A DNA stretch of 64,000 nt from an uncultured Candidatus Nanopelagicus sp. (GCA_964628535.1 CAZVNE010000001.1:8792-72791), one strand, 5' to 3'. Shown: positions 21,126-32,039, numbered from the stretch's first letter. The notes: generated from the sequence alone by a model not told the origin. Program-made: numbers and translations.

Positions 21126-21530
21126 TTAATTACCGATTGAACCGATAAGAATAAAAATTGCGGTGATGGTCGCAGCTAGCAAAACTGCTTGGCCCAAAAT
21201 CTTTAATGCGGTAATTTGATCAGCTCGACGATCTTGTAATGATGCTACTCGGGAAATCTTTCCTAACTTACCAAAATTAAAGGTACCAGCAAATCCATAG
21301 GCCAAGCAAAACTTTTTACGAGCTTGAATAAATCCAATTGCAAAGATCATGGCGGGTAGAAAGATTGTTAATTTAGCACTGGTGCTTGCATCGGTGGTTA
21401 ACAAACCAACTCCAGTACTTATAGTGAAGAGCAAACCAATAATTGCTACAAATTGGCGGCGTGCAATCTCACCCTTACCAATATTGCAGCTACCAGGTAT
21501 GTACTCTGAGTTAACGGAGTTGCTAGACAT
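21126..21530 (-). CDS. Small membrane protein, unknown function
   Basis: YIPGSCNIG...RR and FC motifs, 3 TM. Confidence 0.75.
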   Translation of the reverse strand: MSSNSVNSEYIPGSCNIGKGEIARRQFVAIIGLLFTISTGVGLLTTDASTSAKLTIFLPAMIFAIGFIQARKKFCLAYGFAGTFNFGKLGKISRVASLQDRRADQITALKILGQAVLLAATITAIFILIGSIGN

Positions 21531-21679
21531 TAAGCCTCCTCCCGCTCCTCTTCATCGCTCCAGACCTCATACTTATCTACATCGGTACGAGAGATCCAAT
21601 TAAACAACGCCTTTATCGCACCAGCAATTACAGCAAGGAAAGCTAGTGAGGCAATAATGCGGCGAAAAACTTTTATCAT
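21530..21679 (-). CDS. 49-aa single-TM microprotein with acidic tail
   Basis: Below ORF-track cutoff: MIKVFRRIIASLAFLAVIAGAIKALFNWISRTDVDKYEVWSDEEEREEA. Fills the operon gap; TAATG coupling to next gene. Confidence 0.75.
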   Translation of the reverse strand: MIKVFRRIIASLAFLAVIAGAIKALFNWISRTDVDKYEVWSDEEEREEA

Positions 21680-21688
21680 GAGTTAAAT

Positions 21689-22171
21689 CTACCCTTGGGC
21701 CGCAAGTTTTGTCAGCGCATCGCCCGAGACGCGGTAGACCGTCCACTCATCCATCGCCTGTGCTCCGATTGATTGATAAAAATCAATTGCATCTTTATTC
21801 CAATCAAGCACCCACCATGAGAATCTTGAATAGCCACGCTCAACACATATTTGTGCCAACTTAATTAAGAGCGCCTTGCCATGACCCTGTCCACGGTACT
21901 TGGGATTGACAAACAAATCCTCTAAGTAGATTCCATGCTTACCTAACCAGGTCGAGTAATTTAAAAACCAAATAGCAATTCCAGTAACCTCATTATTGAG
22001 TACCGATAGGTGGCAGTAGACCTGTGGGTTATCACCAAATAATGATTGGGTTAAGTCAGTCTTGGTTAAGACCGCATCCAAAGGTGCTTTTTCATACTCA
22101 GCTAGTGCGTGGATGTAACGGTAAATATCATCGATATCACCAATCTCTGCTGCTCTAATTTCAAAGCTCAT
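21689..22171 (-). CDS. GNAT N-acetyltransferase (SSAT-like)
   Basis: LAEYEK, YSTW, YLEDLFV, RGQGHG and VLDWN motifs. Confidence 0.92.
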   Translation of the reverse strand: MSFEIRAAEIGDIDDIYRYIHALAEYEKAPLDAVLTKTDLTQSLFGDNPQVYCHLSVLNNEVTGIAIWFLNYSTWLGKHGIYLEDLFVNPKYRGQGHGKALLIKLAQICVERGYSRFSWWVLDWNKDAIDFYQSIGAQAMDEWTVYRVSGDALTKLAAQG

Positions 22172-22177
22172 TTTTAC

Positions 22178-23332
22178 CTAACTAATTTTTGCTGCAGAGA
22201 TTGCACTTTGAATATCTGCCCACAGATCATCAACATTCTCTATACCAACTGAGAGTCTAATTAAATTCTCGGGAATGCTCTTGCTCTCACTTGGCCAACG
22301 TCGACGACGCTCCCATAAAGATTCGACGCCACCGAGTGAGGTAGCGTTTGTAATTAATTGGCTGGCATCACACATCTGATCAACTTGAGCAACATTTGCA
22401 TTAACCTCAAAGGAGATGATTGCACCAAACCCCTTCATAAAGGATTTAGCTCGCTCATGAAATGGATCTGTTACTAATCCTGGATATCTAACCCTAGATA
22501 TTTGTGGGTGATTTGCTAATCGTTGCGCCAACTCCATTGCATTCGCCTGGGCTCTGCTCATTCGAATTGAAAATGTACGTAGGCCACGAAGTGCAAGCCA
22601 TGCTTCAAATGGACCGGCAATAGCTCCGCCATAACGGCGAGATTGCTCTAGTCGATTATTTAATGCTGGGTCCGTGACTGAAGTTGATCCTAATAAAAGA
22701 TCACTGTGTCCAGATAGGTACTTAGTAACTGAGTGAATTGAAATATCAGCACCCATCGCAAGTGGGTTTTGGATCATTGGTGTTGCCAAGGTGTTATCAA
22801 CTGCAACACCACAACCAGCAGCTTTACCAGCGGCAATTAACCTTGGCAGATCAACAATTTCAAGTGCTGGATTGATTGGAGATTCAATAAATAACATTTG
22901 GCAGCCAGGCAGTTGTGCCAGAGTCGATTCAGTATCTGCTAAATCTACAAATCTAACGGTTAATCGACCATCATCATGCATCTGTTTCAACATAGTGGTG
23001 GTGCCTTGATATCCATGATCGGATGCAACAACTACACCGCCAATTGGCAGTAGTGAAAAGACAGATGAGATCGCAGCCATGCCAGATGAGTAAATCAAAG
23101 TTTGACCACCTTCAAGGGCTGAGATCGCCTCCTCTAAAGCACTCCAACTCTCATTACCAAATCGGCCATAACCGATCTCGCCACCAACATGAAAGGTTGA
23201 GTTCAAAGCGATTGATGGATTTAATGCGCCATCTGCCTTCTTTGCTGGTCTGCCAGCGGCAACAACCTTGGAGTCATTGTGATACTTACTCCAAGTATTA
23301 TTTGAATTATTATTTGAATTATTGTTGCTCAT
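22178..23332 (-). CDS. Cys/Met metabolism PLP enzyme (cystathionine gamma-synthase/lyase family)
   Basis: YGR, SSGMAA, DNT, HSVTKYLSGHSD and SLGGVES motifs. Confidence 0.92.
   Translation of the reverse strand: MSNNNSNNNSNNTWSKYHNDSKVVAAGRPAKKADGALNPSIALNSTFHVGGEIGYGRFGNESWSALEEAISALEGGQTLIYSSGMAAISSVFSLLPIGGVVVASDHGYQGTTTMLKQMHDDGRLTVRFVDLADTESTLAQLPGCQMLFIESPINPALEIVDLPRLIAAGKAAGCGVAVDNTLATPMIQNPLAMGADISIHSVTKYLSGHSDLLLGSTSVTDPALNNRLEQSRRYGGAIAGPFEAWLALRGLRTFSIRMSRAQANAMELAQRLANHPQISRVRYPGLVTDPFHERAKSFMKGFGAIISFEVNANVAQVDQMCDASQLITNATSLGGVESLWERRRRWPSESKSIPENLIRLSVGIENVDDLWADIQSAISAAKIS
23297..23323. repeat. 12-bp tandem duplication encoding N-terminal NNNS repeats
   Basis: (ATTATTTGAATT)x2 plus partial copy. 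Confidence 0.7.
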
Positions 23333-23376
23333 TACTTAAGCATAACTCATAGCAAAATTACTTATTTCTACCTACT

Positions 23377-23808
23377 TTATTTTTTAGCTTCAAGCACCAT
23401 AGCAACTGAGTTAATGCACCAGCGCTCATCAGTTGGAACTGCATAACCCTCGCCCTTAAATACATGGCCTAAGTGCGAGCCACAGGCGGCACAGCGGACC
23501 TCAGTTCTGATTCGTGGAAAGAGTGATCGATCCTCAAGCAACTCAACTGCATCATCGGCGGTCGGTGCATAAAATGAGGGCCAGCCACAACCGGAGTGAA
23601 ACTTAGTTTCAGATGTAAATAATTGTGCAGAGCATGCTTTGCATTTGTAAACACCAATTGTTTCAGTATCGGTGTACTCACCTGTGAATGCCACCTCTGT
23701 TGCAGCTTTACGAAGCACATCAAATGAGAGCGGGTCGATCTTTGCCGCCAGTGCCGCCTCATCAATCTTTACTGGGTAATTTTCTGAGCTAATTGGCTTG
23801 TTGCTCAT
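23377..23808 (-). CDS. msrB: Peptide-methionine (R)-S-oxide reductase
   Basis: CxxC pairs, GCGWPSF, HLGHVF and RWCINS. ATG 23808 overlaps the msrA stop (ATGA). Confidence 0.95.
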   Translation of the reverse strand: MSNKPISSENYPVKIDEAALAAKIDPLSFDVLRKAATEVAFTGEYTDTETIGVYKCKACSAQLFTSETKFHSGCGWPSFYAPTADDAVELLEDRSLFPRIRTEVRCAACGSHLGHVFKGEGYAVPTDERWCINSVAMVLEAKK

Positions 23809-24341
23809 AATCCGATTAACTCCAACGGAAAGGCGACTCCAGTTGATGAGTGGCAATCATAACCATTTGGATTTTTAGCTAAGTACTTTTGATGATACTC
23901 CTCAGCGATCCAATAGGTATGCGAATTTGCGGACAGTATCTCAGTCACAATTTTAGGCATATCACTTTTATCTAATTCAATCTGATAAGCATCCTTAGTT
24001 AGTTGCGCTTCATGTAGCTGTAAATCAGTTGTTGTAAAGATTGCACTGCGATATTGAGTTCCGATATCGCCACCTTGTTGATTTAAAGAGGTTGGATCAT
24101 GCATTACCCAAAACTCAGCGAGCAAACGTTGATAGGAAATTAGGTTTGGATCAAAGTTAACTTCAACTACTTCAGCATGTGCTGTCCGGCCAGTACAAAC
24201 CTCTTCATAAGTTGGATTTGATTTCTCGCCACCCATGTAACCAACAGATGTGGAGATAACTCCATTTAATTGCCAAAATCTTCGCTCTGCACCCCAAAAA
24301 CAACCTGTTGCAAAGTATGCGGTTTGAGTCGATGCGGTCAT
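23805..24341 (-). CDS. msrA: Peptide-methionine (S)-S-oxide reductase
   Basis: GCFWG, HDPT, GTQYRS and AEEYHQKY motifs. Confidence 0.96.
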   Translation of the reverse strand: MTASTQTAYFATGCFWGAERRFWQLNGVISTSVGYMGGEKSNPTYEEVCTGRTAHAEVVEVNFDPNLISYQRLLAEFWVMHDPTSLNQQGGDIGTQYRSAIFTTTDLQLHEAQLTKDAYQIELDKSDMPKIVTEILSANSHTYWIAEEYHQKYLAKNPNGYDCHSSTGVAFPLELIGL

Positions 24342-24427
24342 GGCGTAATTCTCCCTGATTGATTCAAGTTGATCAATTTGTAACTGCTAACCTTGTTTTC
24401 TAGGCTGATTAGGTTATTTCTAATCAC

Positions 24428-24499
24428 GCCCCCGTAGCTCAGGGGATAGAGCACTGCCCTCCGGAGGCAGGTGCGCAGGTTCGATTCCTGCCGGGGGCA
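24428..24499 (+). tRNA. tRNA-Arg (anticodon CCG)
   Basis: Acceptor stem GCCCCCG/CGGGGGC, D-stem GCTC/GAGC, anticodon arm CTGCC-CTCCGGA-GGCAG, T-loop TTCGATT. CCA not encoded. Confidence 0.97.
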
Positions 24500-24658
24500 C
24501 GCTGAAAAAAATAATTAATTGCTCAGATAATTTTAAATCACAGTTAAATATCCTTGTTTATTTAATAATTTCACGGGAGAATTACCGCCTGAGAGGGATT
24601 TCCTCTCCATTTATTAATTAGTCGAAAGATATCGAGAGACAAAAGGAGTTAATGACCT

Positions 24659-24928
24659 ATGGATTGGCGACATGAAGCCGCTTGTCGCGAAGAGGATCCA
24701 GAGGTTTTCTTTCCGGTAGGAAACACCGGGCCTGCACTCGCACAAATCGAAGAGGCAAAAAAGATCTGTGAACGCTGTTCCGTTAAAGAGCCATGTCTTG
24801 CCTGGGCGCTTGAAAGTGGTCAGGATGCCGGAGTTTGGGGCGGCCTATCTGAAGATGAGCGTCGGGCGATGAAACGTCGGGCGGCTCGAAATCGCGCTCG
24901 CCAATTAGAGAATCAAAATACCTTCTAA
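24659..24928 (+). CDS. whiB1: WhiB family Fe-S transcription factor (WhiB1/WblE)
   Basis: MDWRHEAACREEDPEVFFPVG, 4 Cys, GVWGG; convergent with pdtaS as in mycobacteria. Confidence 0.93.
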   Translation: MDWRHEAACREEDPEVFFPVGNTGPALAQIEEAKKICERCSVKEPCLAWALESGQDAGVWGGLSEDERRAMKRRAARNRARQLENQNTF

Positions 24929-24930
24929 AT

Positions 24931-26406
24931 CTAAATTGTTTGGTTGGCTACAAAAGTTAATCTAGCTGTTGTTAATGCACCTTCTCGATTAACACCAATC
25001 TCCCCGGCCAACTCATTTTGGGTAAGGGTTTTTACAATTTGTAATCCTAAATTTGCCGATTGCTCTAAATTAAAATCAGCTGGTAGGCCATCGCCATTAT
25101 CACTCACGCAAACAATGTAATTATTACCTTCAGTTGAGATGCTGATCTGAAGCAGATCTCCTGAATTAGCTAACCCATGCTCTAGCGCATTTTGAATTAA
25201 CTCAGCAATCACTAGGGATAAAGCGGTAGCAACCTTTGAATCAAAGGAGCCAAACTCACCTAACTTTTCATATCTAATTGGCCGGGGTGCCAAACTGATC
25301 GCATTTTTTACAACTTGATCAAGCACTGAATCAAACTCAACAAACTCAGCAGATTGATTAGATAGTGTCTCATGCACAAGTGCAATTGAGGCCACGCGTC
25401 TAACCGCTTCAGCTAGGGCGGCGCTAGCTGTGGGATCCTCTACCCTTCTTGATTGCAATCTAAGCAGGGCAGAAACTGTCTGTAAATTATTTTTTACTCG
25501 ATGATGAATCTCTTTAATAGTTGCATCCTTGGTAATCAACGCCTTATCTCGGTTTCGTAGCTCAGTCACATTGTGCAACAGAACTATTGCGCCGATGTGA
25601 TCATTAGCCGCGGTAAGTGGCAGTACTAAGAGATCAATTACACCCTTACTATTTTCATACTCAACTCTTCTTAAACTCCTACCCGATAACACACTCTGCC
25701 AAGCCTCATCAGTTGGTTCACTCTTACTCTTTGGCAGCTTTGCAAATAATTCACCTAAATTCTCCTGCTCAAGCTCCTTGTCAAAACCAACTCGACTAAT
25801 TGCAGATCTTGCATTTGGACTGGCAAAGTTGATGGTGCCATTTTTATCCAATCGAATTAAGCCATCCCCAACCCGTGGGGCTGACTCGGAGTTATAAATA
25901 CTGTTACGGATCGGGAAATTTCCCTCCGCAACCATTTGAAAGATCTTGTGGGCAATTTCGCGATAATTTAACTCTAACTTTGAAGGTGATCGCATTAACT
26001 CTGAATTACGGTGGCGCGCAATAATCGCAATGGTTTTACCCGCAAAGTGAACTGGAATGCTCTCCTCTTTAATCATTAACTCACCCACCTTTATCGGTTT
26101 GGTGTCTCGCAAGATTTCACCACTAGAAAGCGCCTGATCTACTCGATCATTCACCCCCCAACTCATCTCGCTGCCGATTAAGTCATTGTTAAAAACGGTA
26201 GCAGTTGTTGTGGGACGGATTTGGGCGATCGCGACATATCCAGTGGGCCAAGATTTATCATCTTTACGAATTGGTAACCACAAAAGTAAATCTGCAAATG
26301 AGAGATCAGCTAATAATCGCCACTCAGCAACTAACTCTGAAAGGTGCTCGATCTCTGCCGGCTGTAATCGTGAGTTACTTGAGATCAACTCAGTAAAGGT
26401 AGCCAT
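24931..26406 (-). CDS. pdtaS: Cytoplasmic sensor histidine kinase (PdtaS-like)
   Basis: LADLSFADL N-terminus, EIHHRVKNNLQ H-box and HATPase boxes; no TM. Confidence 0.9.
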   Translation of the reverse strand: MATFTELISSNSRLQPAEIEHLSELVAEWRLLADLSFADLLLWLPIRKDDKSWPTGYVAIAQIRPTTTATVFNNDLIGSEMSWGVNDRVDQALSSGEILRDTKPIKVGELMIKEESIPVHFAGKTIAIIARHRNSELMRSPSKLELNYREIAHKIFQMVAEGNFPIRNSIYNSESAPRVGDGLIRLDKNGTINFASPNARSAISRVGFDKELEQENLGELFAKLPKSKSEPTDEAWQSVLSGRSLRRVEYENSKGVIDLLVLPLTAANDHIGAIVLLHNVTELRNRDKALITKDATIKEIHHRVKNNLQTVSALLRLQSRRVEDPTASAALAEAVRRVASIALVHETLSNQSAEFVEFDSVLDQVVKNAISLAPRPIRYEKLGEFGSFDSKVATALSLVIAELIQNALEHGLANSGDLLQISISTEGNNYIVCVSDNGDGLPADFNLEQSANLGLQIVKTLTQNELAGEIGVNREGALTTARLTFVANQTI

Positions 26407-26433
26407 GGCTCAAGGGTAAGAGTAATTCGGGAT

Positions 26434-27390
26434 TTAGACCAAACCCTTGCAGAGCAAATCTAATTGTTTAGAGAATGTGGAGTAGGTAAAGAGTTTGGCT
26501 CGATTACTACTTGGATAGCGCTGAGCTGCTCGATAATCAAATGGCAGTTGTAGGTGATCTTTGCCATTAACGATTGAGAGAAATTGGGTGTTTACCAGTC
26601 GGGCAGCGCTATCAAATCTCTGTTGATTTAGTAGATATGTAATTGCTGGTGGTGAAATCAAATTTTGATAATCAGCGATAAATTTCGCTAGATAATTGAT
26701 GCCACCGGTATCGGCACGAATCACATAAATTATTCGCTTTGCACAACTTAAGACTAAATCCTGCAGCTGGCCAGATATTCGACGATCGGTCAAGGTTGAG
26801 GTTAACGCCTTAGTTGATCCAGCATCCATTACATAGCTTTGGTCACTCAGTAACTTATCTGAAAAATTTAACTCTTCAACCATCATTAATTTATTTATCG
26901 GCGATATTTCTGCGCGATAAGCATCTGATTTAAGTGCGATTAATTGGGCGCCTTGAAATCTGGCAGCGACTTGGTTAGCAACCGTACTTACACCAGGTGC
27001 GCCAGGTGAACCAAACACTGCAATAAAATTATCTAATCGATCTCTACCTCGAACCATGGGTTTACGGATAGATTCAGATATCGATGCGATTAATTCGGTA
27101 GCATCAAATTGGTTGGGCGTGATTGAGATAAATCTAAACTTTGAAAAGGTCTTACCTACTCTTGCGATCTCAGATTTATCAATTAGATCTGTTGAATAGA
27201 TGATAGTTAACTCTTCATCATTATTATGTTCAGTTAGGTAATTAGTTAAAGCAGAAAGAGTTAATGCTCGATAAATGATGTTGTTTCCGTGAGAGAACAG
27301 GAGGTTTGCTACCTCAGCCTCACACTCACTATTTACGATTGCGGTGATAAAGGATCTGCCGCTCGACTTGTTAATAACTACCCCTGACAA
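26434..27390 (-). CDS. Degenerate MinD/CpaE-like P-loop protein
   Basis: FGSPGAPGVSTVA Walker-A-like loop without Lys; follows the SAF gene. Confidence 0.55.
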   Translation of the reverse strand: MSGVVINKSSGRSFITAIVNSECEAEVANLLFSHGNNIIYRALTLSALTNYLTEHNNDEELTIIYSTDLIDKSEIARVGKTFSKFRFISITPNQFDATELIASISESIRKPMVRGRDRLDNFIAVFGSPGAPGVSTVANQVAARFQGAQLIALKSDAYRAEISPINKLMMVEELNFSDKLLSDQSYVMDAGSTKALTSTLTDRRISGQLQDLVLSCAKRIIYVIRADTGGINYLAKFIADYQNLISPPAITYLLNQQRFDSAARLVNTQFLSIVNGKDHLQLPFDYRAAQRYPSSNRAKLFTYSTFSKQLDLLCKGLV

Positions 27391-27991
27391 TTATCAATCG
27401 ACTATCTGCAAGATGGTTGAGAATTAGGGGTATTAATGGTTGTGGCAGCGAGACCACAACGCTCGCCTTGCCAGAGTTGTTGCGCTCTGAAACCGCGCTA
27501 ACACTTACCCGCTCTGTCAGTAAGGTGGATTCAATAATGCTCCTCGGGTTAGATGTTGAGTTTGATGTTGAGTTTGAGGTTGGAATTGCATAGATATCAA
27601 TTACCTCACCTCTAGTTAATCCCATCGGCAGATCGGTGGATTCAACAGTAAGTGGCACCGCCCTTAGCTCAATTTGATCTGGAGTGGCTGCAATCGCTGC
27701 CAATGGAATTAGATCACCAGCTGCTACCCGAAACTTAACTACCGCTCCAATAATTTGGGCAGATGCAGATAGGTAATTTTTGGCGGACTCTGGCAATAAG
27801 ACTGGGGTGGCTTTGATATCTGCCTGAGTAATTATGTTGCCAGGTGCCAGCTCGGTAGAGCTGGCCCAAACATAAACAGTTCGATTTGCCTCTTTGGCAA
27901 TTAATGAAGCAGTTAGCAGTGCAATGATAAAAAGTGATATGCCAGTTACTAATCTTGAATTTTTTAGAAGTTGTAAATCCTTTATTTTCAT
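27371..27991 (-). CDS. SAF-domain (CpaB/FlgA-like) membrane-anchored protein
   Basis: N-terminal TM, then LAPG...ITQAD SAF pattern and GEVIDIY. Confidence 0.7.
   Translation of the reverse strand: MKIKDLQLLKNSRLVTGISLFIIALLTASLIAKEANRTVYVWASSTELAPGNIITQADIKATPVLLPESAKNYLSASAQIIGAVVKFRVAAGDLIPLAAIAATPDQIELRAVPLTVESTDLPMGLTRGEVIDIYAIPTSNSTSNSTSNPRSIIESTLLTERVSVSAVSERNNSGKASVVVSLPQPLIPLILNHLADSRLIIVRGSY
27552..27577. repeat. 12-bp tandem duplication (NSTS linker)
   Basis: (GATGTTGAGTTT)x2 plus partial copy. Confidence 0.65.
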
Positions 27992-28075
27992 GGGCATAGA
28001 TTGGCGAAGGATCACTGAATAAAACTCATCCGTTCGGATGATCTATATGTAAAACCGCCCCTTCATATTTATCCC

Positions 28076-28612
28076 ATGTCAATTACTTATCCCATGAATA
28101 CCCAGCTGCACTTCAAAGAGGGTGCTTTAATAAATGAAATTGTCCACGTTGAGTTTGCTCACCCAATGTTGGATTTACAAAGTTATGAACTGCCACCAAT
28201 TCCCTCACTAACCAATAAGTTATATCTCGTCCCCACCGCTGATTGTGGTCTGGCAGATGTAAGTGTTGACCCGATCTTTGGCCCGCAACCCTCCGCCCTG
28301 GTTGATCTGCCAAGTGTTGAAGGTTGGAGCAAGGCCTTTGTGATTGGATTGATTGAGATTTGGTCTGGCAAGCGACCACCAATGCAGATCGCAAGATCTT
28401 GTCATCGAAATGTGCACAGTAAGTTAATGAACTATGGAAAGAGTTTCTCTAGCAATCTGCCAAAGATTAGAAAAATTTACCTAACCCAGCCAATCGAAGG
28501 AGTGATTGAAGCAACTGTTACATTGCGAATTGCTGATCGAGTTAGATCATTAATCTTAAGATTTGAGGGTGTTGATAAAAGATGGATCTGTACCGAATTA
28601 TTTCTGCTTTAA
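28076..28612 (+). CDS. Rv3235-family protein
   Basis: GKRPPMQI and RVRSLILRFE...RWIC motifs; convergent on secA. Start uncertain. Confidence 0.8.
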   Translation: MSITYPMNTQLHFKEGALINEIVHVEFAHPMLDLQSYELPPIPSLTNKLYLVPTADCGLADVSVDPIFGPQPSALVDLPSVEGWSKAFVIGLIEIWSGKRPPMQIARSCHRNVHSKLMNYGKSFSSNLPKIRKIYLTQPIEGVIEATVTLRIADRVRSLILRFEGVDKRWICTELFLL

Positions 28613-28613
28613 G

Positions 28614-31274
28614 TTAATTGCCACCATGACAGCGCTTGTACTTTTTGCCAGAACCACATGGACAGGCTGCATTTCTTGAGGTGCCGCCACCTTCGCCCCG
28701 TTCAATCTCCGCCGCTGAATACTTCAACTCTTTTGCCTTTGCTGGTGCCGGAGTTAAGCCTTTAGCACCTACTTGATCTCCTTCAACTTGAACCTCAACA
28801 TTAAAGATAAATCCAACTAACTCCTCTTTGATTGCCTCCATCATTGCTGTGAAGAGATCGTAACCTTCACGTTGATACTCAACTAGCGGATCACGCTGGG
28901 CCATGGCACGAAGCCCAATGCCCTCTTGCAAATAATCCATCTCATAAAGGTGCTCACGCCACTTGCGATCTAGTACTGAAAGTAAAATTTTTCGCTCTAG
29001 TTCACGCATTACAGGCGTTGTTAAATCAGACTCTCGTTTTTCATAAGCTGAGTTAGCATCTGCTAATACTCTTGTTAGTAGGAAATCCTGATCCATGCCA
29101 GTTACGCCGCCGACTTCACTGGCTAACTCTTCGATAGTAAATGAGATTGGATACAAACCCTTCAGCGCTACCCATAATGTTTCTAAATCCCAATCCTCGG
29201 CAAAGCCTGTTGCAGTTGCTGAAGCAACATAAGCCTCAATTGTTTCAGCTAAAAATGATTGAACTAACTCTCTGATATCAGCACCCTCTAGAACCTCGCG
29301 ACGCTCGGTGTAAATAACCTCACGCTGCTTATTCATCACATCGTCATACTTCAAAACATTTTTACGCATCTCAAAGTTAAGTGACTCAACCTGAGTTTGT
29401 GCTGATTTAATTGCATTTGAAACAATCTTTGACTCGAGTGGTGAATCCTCTGGCATGCCAGCAGCAGATAGGAATCGTTCCACTAAACCAGAGTTAAATC
29501 GACGCATCAACTCATCTTGTAGTGAGAGATAGAAACGAGATTCGCCAGGATCGCCTTGTCTGCCAGATCGGCCACGCAACTGATTATCAATTCGACGTGA
29601 TTCATGACGTTCGGTTCCTAATACATATAAACCACCGAGGGAAACTACCGCTTCATGCTCTTTGGCAACTGCAGATTTTTGTTTATCAATCTCTGCTGGC
29701 CAAGCAGCTTCATACTCCTCTGGAGTTTGTGCTGGATTTAATCCTCTTTGTTGTAATTCAAAATCTGCCATGAACTCTGGATTTCCACCAAGCATAATGT
29801 CGGTTCCTCGTCCAGCCATATTTGTTGCGACAGTTACTGCACCAACTACACCTGCACGAGCAATGATCGCAGCTTCCCGCTCATGTTGTTTAGCATTTAA
29901 TACCTCGTGCGGAACACCATTGCGCTTTAATACCGCAGATAGCTCCTCAGATTTTTCAACACTAACTGTTCCAACTAAAACTGGTTGACCTTTCTTGTGA
30001 CGCTCAACAATATCTTGGGCAACCGCGACAAACTTTCCTTTTTCAGATTTGTAGATTAAGTCTGGTTGATCGATGCGCTGCATATCCTTATTGGTTGGAA
30101 TTGGGATTACACCTAATTTGTAGATCTGCATGAACTCGGAGGCCTCAGTCATAGCAGTACCAGTCATGCCACCTAATTTTTCGTACAACCGGAAGTAATT
30201 TTGCAGCGTAATTGTCGCCAGAGTTTGATTCTCATCCTTAATTTCAATCCGCTCTTTTGCCTCGAGCGCTTGATGCAAGCCTTCGCTATATCTGCGACCT
30301 GACAACATACGGCCGGTGTGCTCATCCACAATCAATAATTCGCCACCCATTACAACATAATCCTTATCCCGCTTAAACAACTCTTTGGCGCGGATTGCAT
30401 TATTTAAATAGCCAATCATGGGCGTGTTTACAGATTCATAAAGGTTTTCAATTCCTAAAAACTCTTCAACCCGAGTAACACCCTCTTCTAAAATTCCAAC
30501 GGTGCGTTTCTTTTCATCAACCTCGTAGTGAGTATTTCTGGTTAATTTATTTACTATATTAGAAAATTCAAGGTACCACTTTGTGGCTTTATCAGCTGGT
30601 CCACTAATGATCAACGGAGTACGAGCCTCGTCTATCAGAATTGAGTCAACCTCATCTACGATGGCAAAGTTGTGTTCGCGTTGCACGCAATCTTGCAGCG
30701 ACCATGCCATATTGTCACGAAGATAATCAAAACCAAATTCGTTATTGGTGCCATAGGTAATATCACACTCATACGCGACTCGACGTTGCGCTGGTGTCAT
30801 ACTCGCCAAAATTACGCCCACCTTTAAACCAAGAAAGCGATGTACTCGGCCCATCCATTCACTATCACGCTCAGCTAGATAATCATTAACTGTAACGATA
30901 TGAACACCTTTACCAGTTAAGGCATTTAAGTATGCAGGCAAGGTTGATACCAGAGTTTTACCTTCGCCGGTTCGCATTTCTGCAATATTTCCACGATGTA
31001 ATGCAGCACCACCCATTAACTGAACATCGTAATGTCGTTGCCCAAGTGTTCGTTTAGCGGCCTCGCGAACTGTGGCAAATGCTTCTGGAAGTAAATCATC
31101 TAATGATTCACCATCTGCAAATCTCGCCTTTAATAAATCAGTTTGTCCGCGTAACTCTTCATCGGTAAGAGATGAGATTTTGGTTTCAAATTGATTTACC
31201 TTGGTAGCGATCTTTGCTAAATCTTTAACCGCGCGACCTTCGCCGGCACGCAAGATCTTGTCTAATAAAATCAA
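28614..31274 (-). CDS. secA: Preprotein translocase subunit SecA
   Basis: [27 protein letters not shown] and [17 protein letters not shown] 31274 follows RBS AGAGGA. Confidence 0.98.
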   Translation of the reverse strand: MILLDKILRAGEGRAVKDLAKIATKVNQFETKISSLTDEELRGQTDLLKARFADGESLDDLLPEAFATVREAAKRTLGQRHYDVQLMGGAALHRGNIAEMRTGEGKTLVSTLPAYLNALTGKGVHIVTVNDYLAERDSEWMGRVHRFLGLKVGVILASMTPAQRRVAYECDITYGTNNEFGFDYLRDNMAWSLQDCVQREHNFAIVDEVDSILIDEARTPLIISGPADKATKWYLEFSNIVNKLTRNTHYEVDEKKRTVGILEEGVTRVEEFLGIENLYESVNTPMIGYLNNAIRAKELFKRDKDYVVMGGELLIVDEHTGRMLSGRRYSEGLHQALEAKERIEIKDENQTLATITLQNYFRLYEKLGGMTGTAMTEASEFMQIYKLGVIPIPTNKDMQRIDQPDLIYKSEKGKFVAVAQDIVERHKKGQPVLVGTVSVEKSEELSAVLKRNGVPHEVLNAKQHEREAAIIARAGVVGAVTVATNMAGRGTDIMLGGNPEFMADFELQQRGLNPAQTPEEYEAAWPAEIDKQKSAVAKEHEAVVSLGGLYVLGTERHESRRIDNQLRGRSGRQGDPGESRFYLSLQDELMRRFNSGLVERFLSAAGMPEDSPLESKIVSNAIKSAQTQVESLNFEMRKNVLKYDDVMNKQREVIYTERREVLEGADIRELVQSFLAETIEAYVASATATGFAEDWDLETLWVALKGLYPISFTIEELASEVGGVTGMDQDFLLTRVLADANSAYEKRESDLTTPVMRELERKILLSVLDRKWREHLYEMDYLQEGIGLRAMAQRDPLVEYQREGYDLFTAMMEAIKEELVGFIFNVEVQVEGDQVGAKGLTPAPAKAKELKYSAAEIERGEGGGTSRNAACPCGSGKKYKRCHGGN

Positions 31275-31333
31275 GGTTAATCCTCTTCTACTCTCATTTG
31301 CGGCCCAAGCTATGCCGACCTGTACCCATCTTA

Positions 31334-32014
31334 TTAGAGATGAGCGGTAACTGCACATGCGGTAAGAACCGCAACTGGCCTCAGATTTACGATGGATAAG
31401 GCGGTGATGGCCGCTCGGATTGAAGCGCCAGTGGTTGTTAAATCATCAACAATTATCAGATTTTTACTGCTTAATTCTGGGTGAATTGCCAGATAGGCAC
31501 CGGACATATTGGTGCCTCGCCTAACTTTGTTCAGACCGGTTTGATCCTTAATTTTTTTAACTATCTGCAAAATGTCTAACCGCCTTAATCTTACCTTTGA
31601 GTGTGGCTTTAGTTCATTTCTGTTATGAATACTTATTATTGAATTAATTAAATCATCGATATGCGCTCTCCCACGAACTCGATTTACCGCAGCTCTTGAT
31701 GGAATACCAATTAAGCCAATCTCATCTGTAATTTTAAGATCAATAATTGATTGTTCTAATCCCTGATAGATCGAGAGCGCTAGTAAATTTCTAGCTACCT
31801 GATTACCGCTCTCCTTTGCAGCTAGTAGTAATCGAGCACCTTTCTCATCATAGTGATTTGAGAAATAAAGCGGCACACCCGCAACTTTCCTTTTATTAAT
31901 CGGTTGCTGCCATTGCGATGAACATGTTGTGCAAACCGCCTCATTGGGTTTTTTGCAGAGCAGGCAGAAAGGTGGATAGATCAGCTGCGATAGTGATTTT
32001 AGAGTTGTGAGCAC
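31334..32014 (-). CDS. ComF family phosphoribosyltransferase-like protein
   Basis: N-terminal CxxC...CxxC and [12 protein letters not shown] motif. Confidence 0.88.
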   Translation of the reverse strand: MLTTLKSLSQLIYPPFCLLCKKPNEAVCTTCSSQWQQPINKRKVAGVPLYFSNHYDEKGARLLLAAKESGNQVARNLLALSIYQGLEQSIIDLKITDEIGLIGIPSRAAVNRVRGRAHIDDLINSIISIHNRNELKPHSKVRLRRLDILQIVKKIKDQTGLNKVRRGTNMSGAYLAIHPELSSKNLIIVDDLTTTGASIRAAITALSIVNLRPVAVLTACAVTAHL

Positions 32015-32039
32015 TCACTCTTTATAGCAAATAAGTTAC

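Noticed and set aside
23297-23323. Tandem repeats here and at 27552 as phase-variation elements
   Set aside because: 12-bp units keep the frame and lie in low-complexity termini or linkers.
24428-24499. tRNA-Arg as an island integration site
   Set aside because: No integrase, no duplicated tRNA 3' end seen, and both flanks are core genes.
24345-24585. 11-bp inverted repeat GTAATTCTCCC / GGGAGAATTAC flanking the tRNA
   Set aside because: Better explained as two divergent GAGAAT -10 boxes for msrA (6 nt before its ATG) and whiB1. No transposase or target duplication.
31275-31358. N-terminal extensions in the ORF track (secA, msrB, parA, mpaB, wzt, O-methyltransferase)
   Set aside because: Longest-ORF artefacts; downstream starts have an RBS or stop/start coupling.
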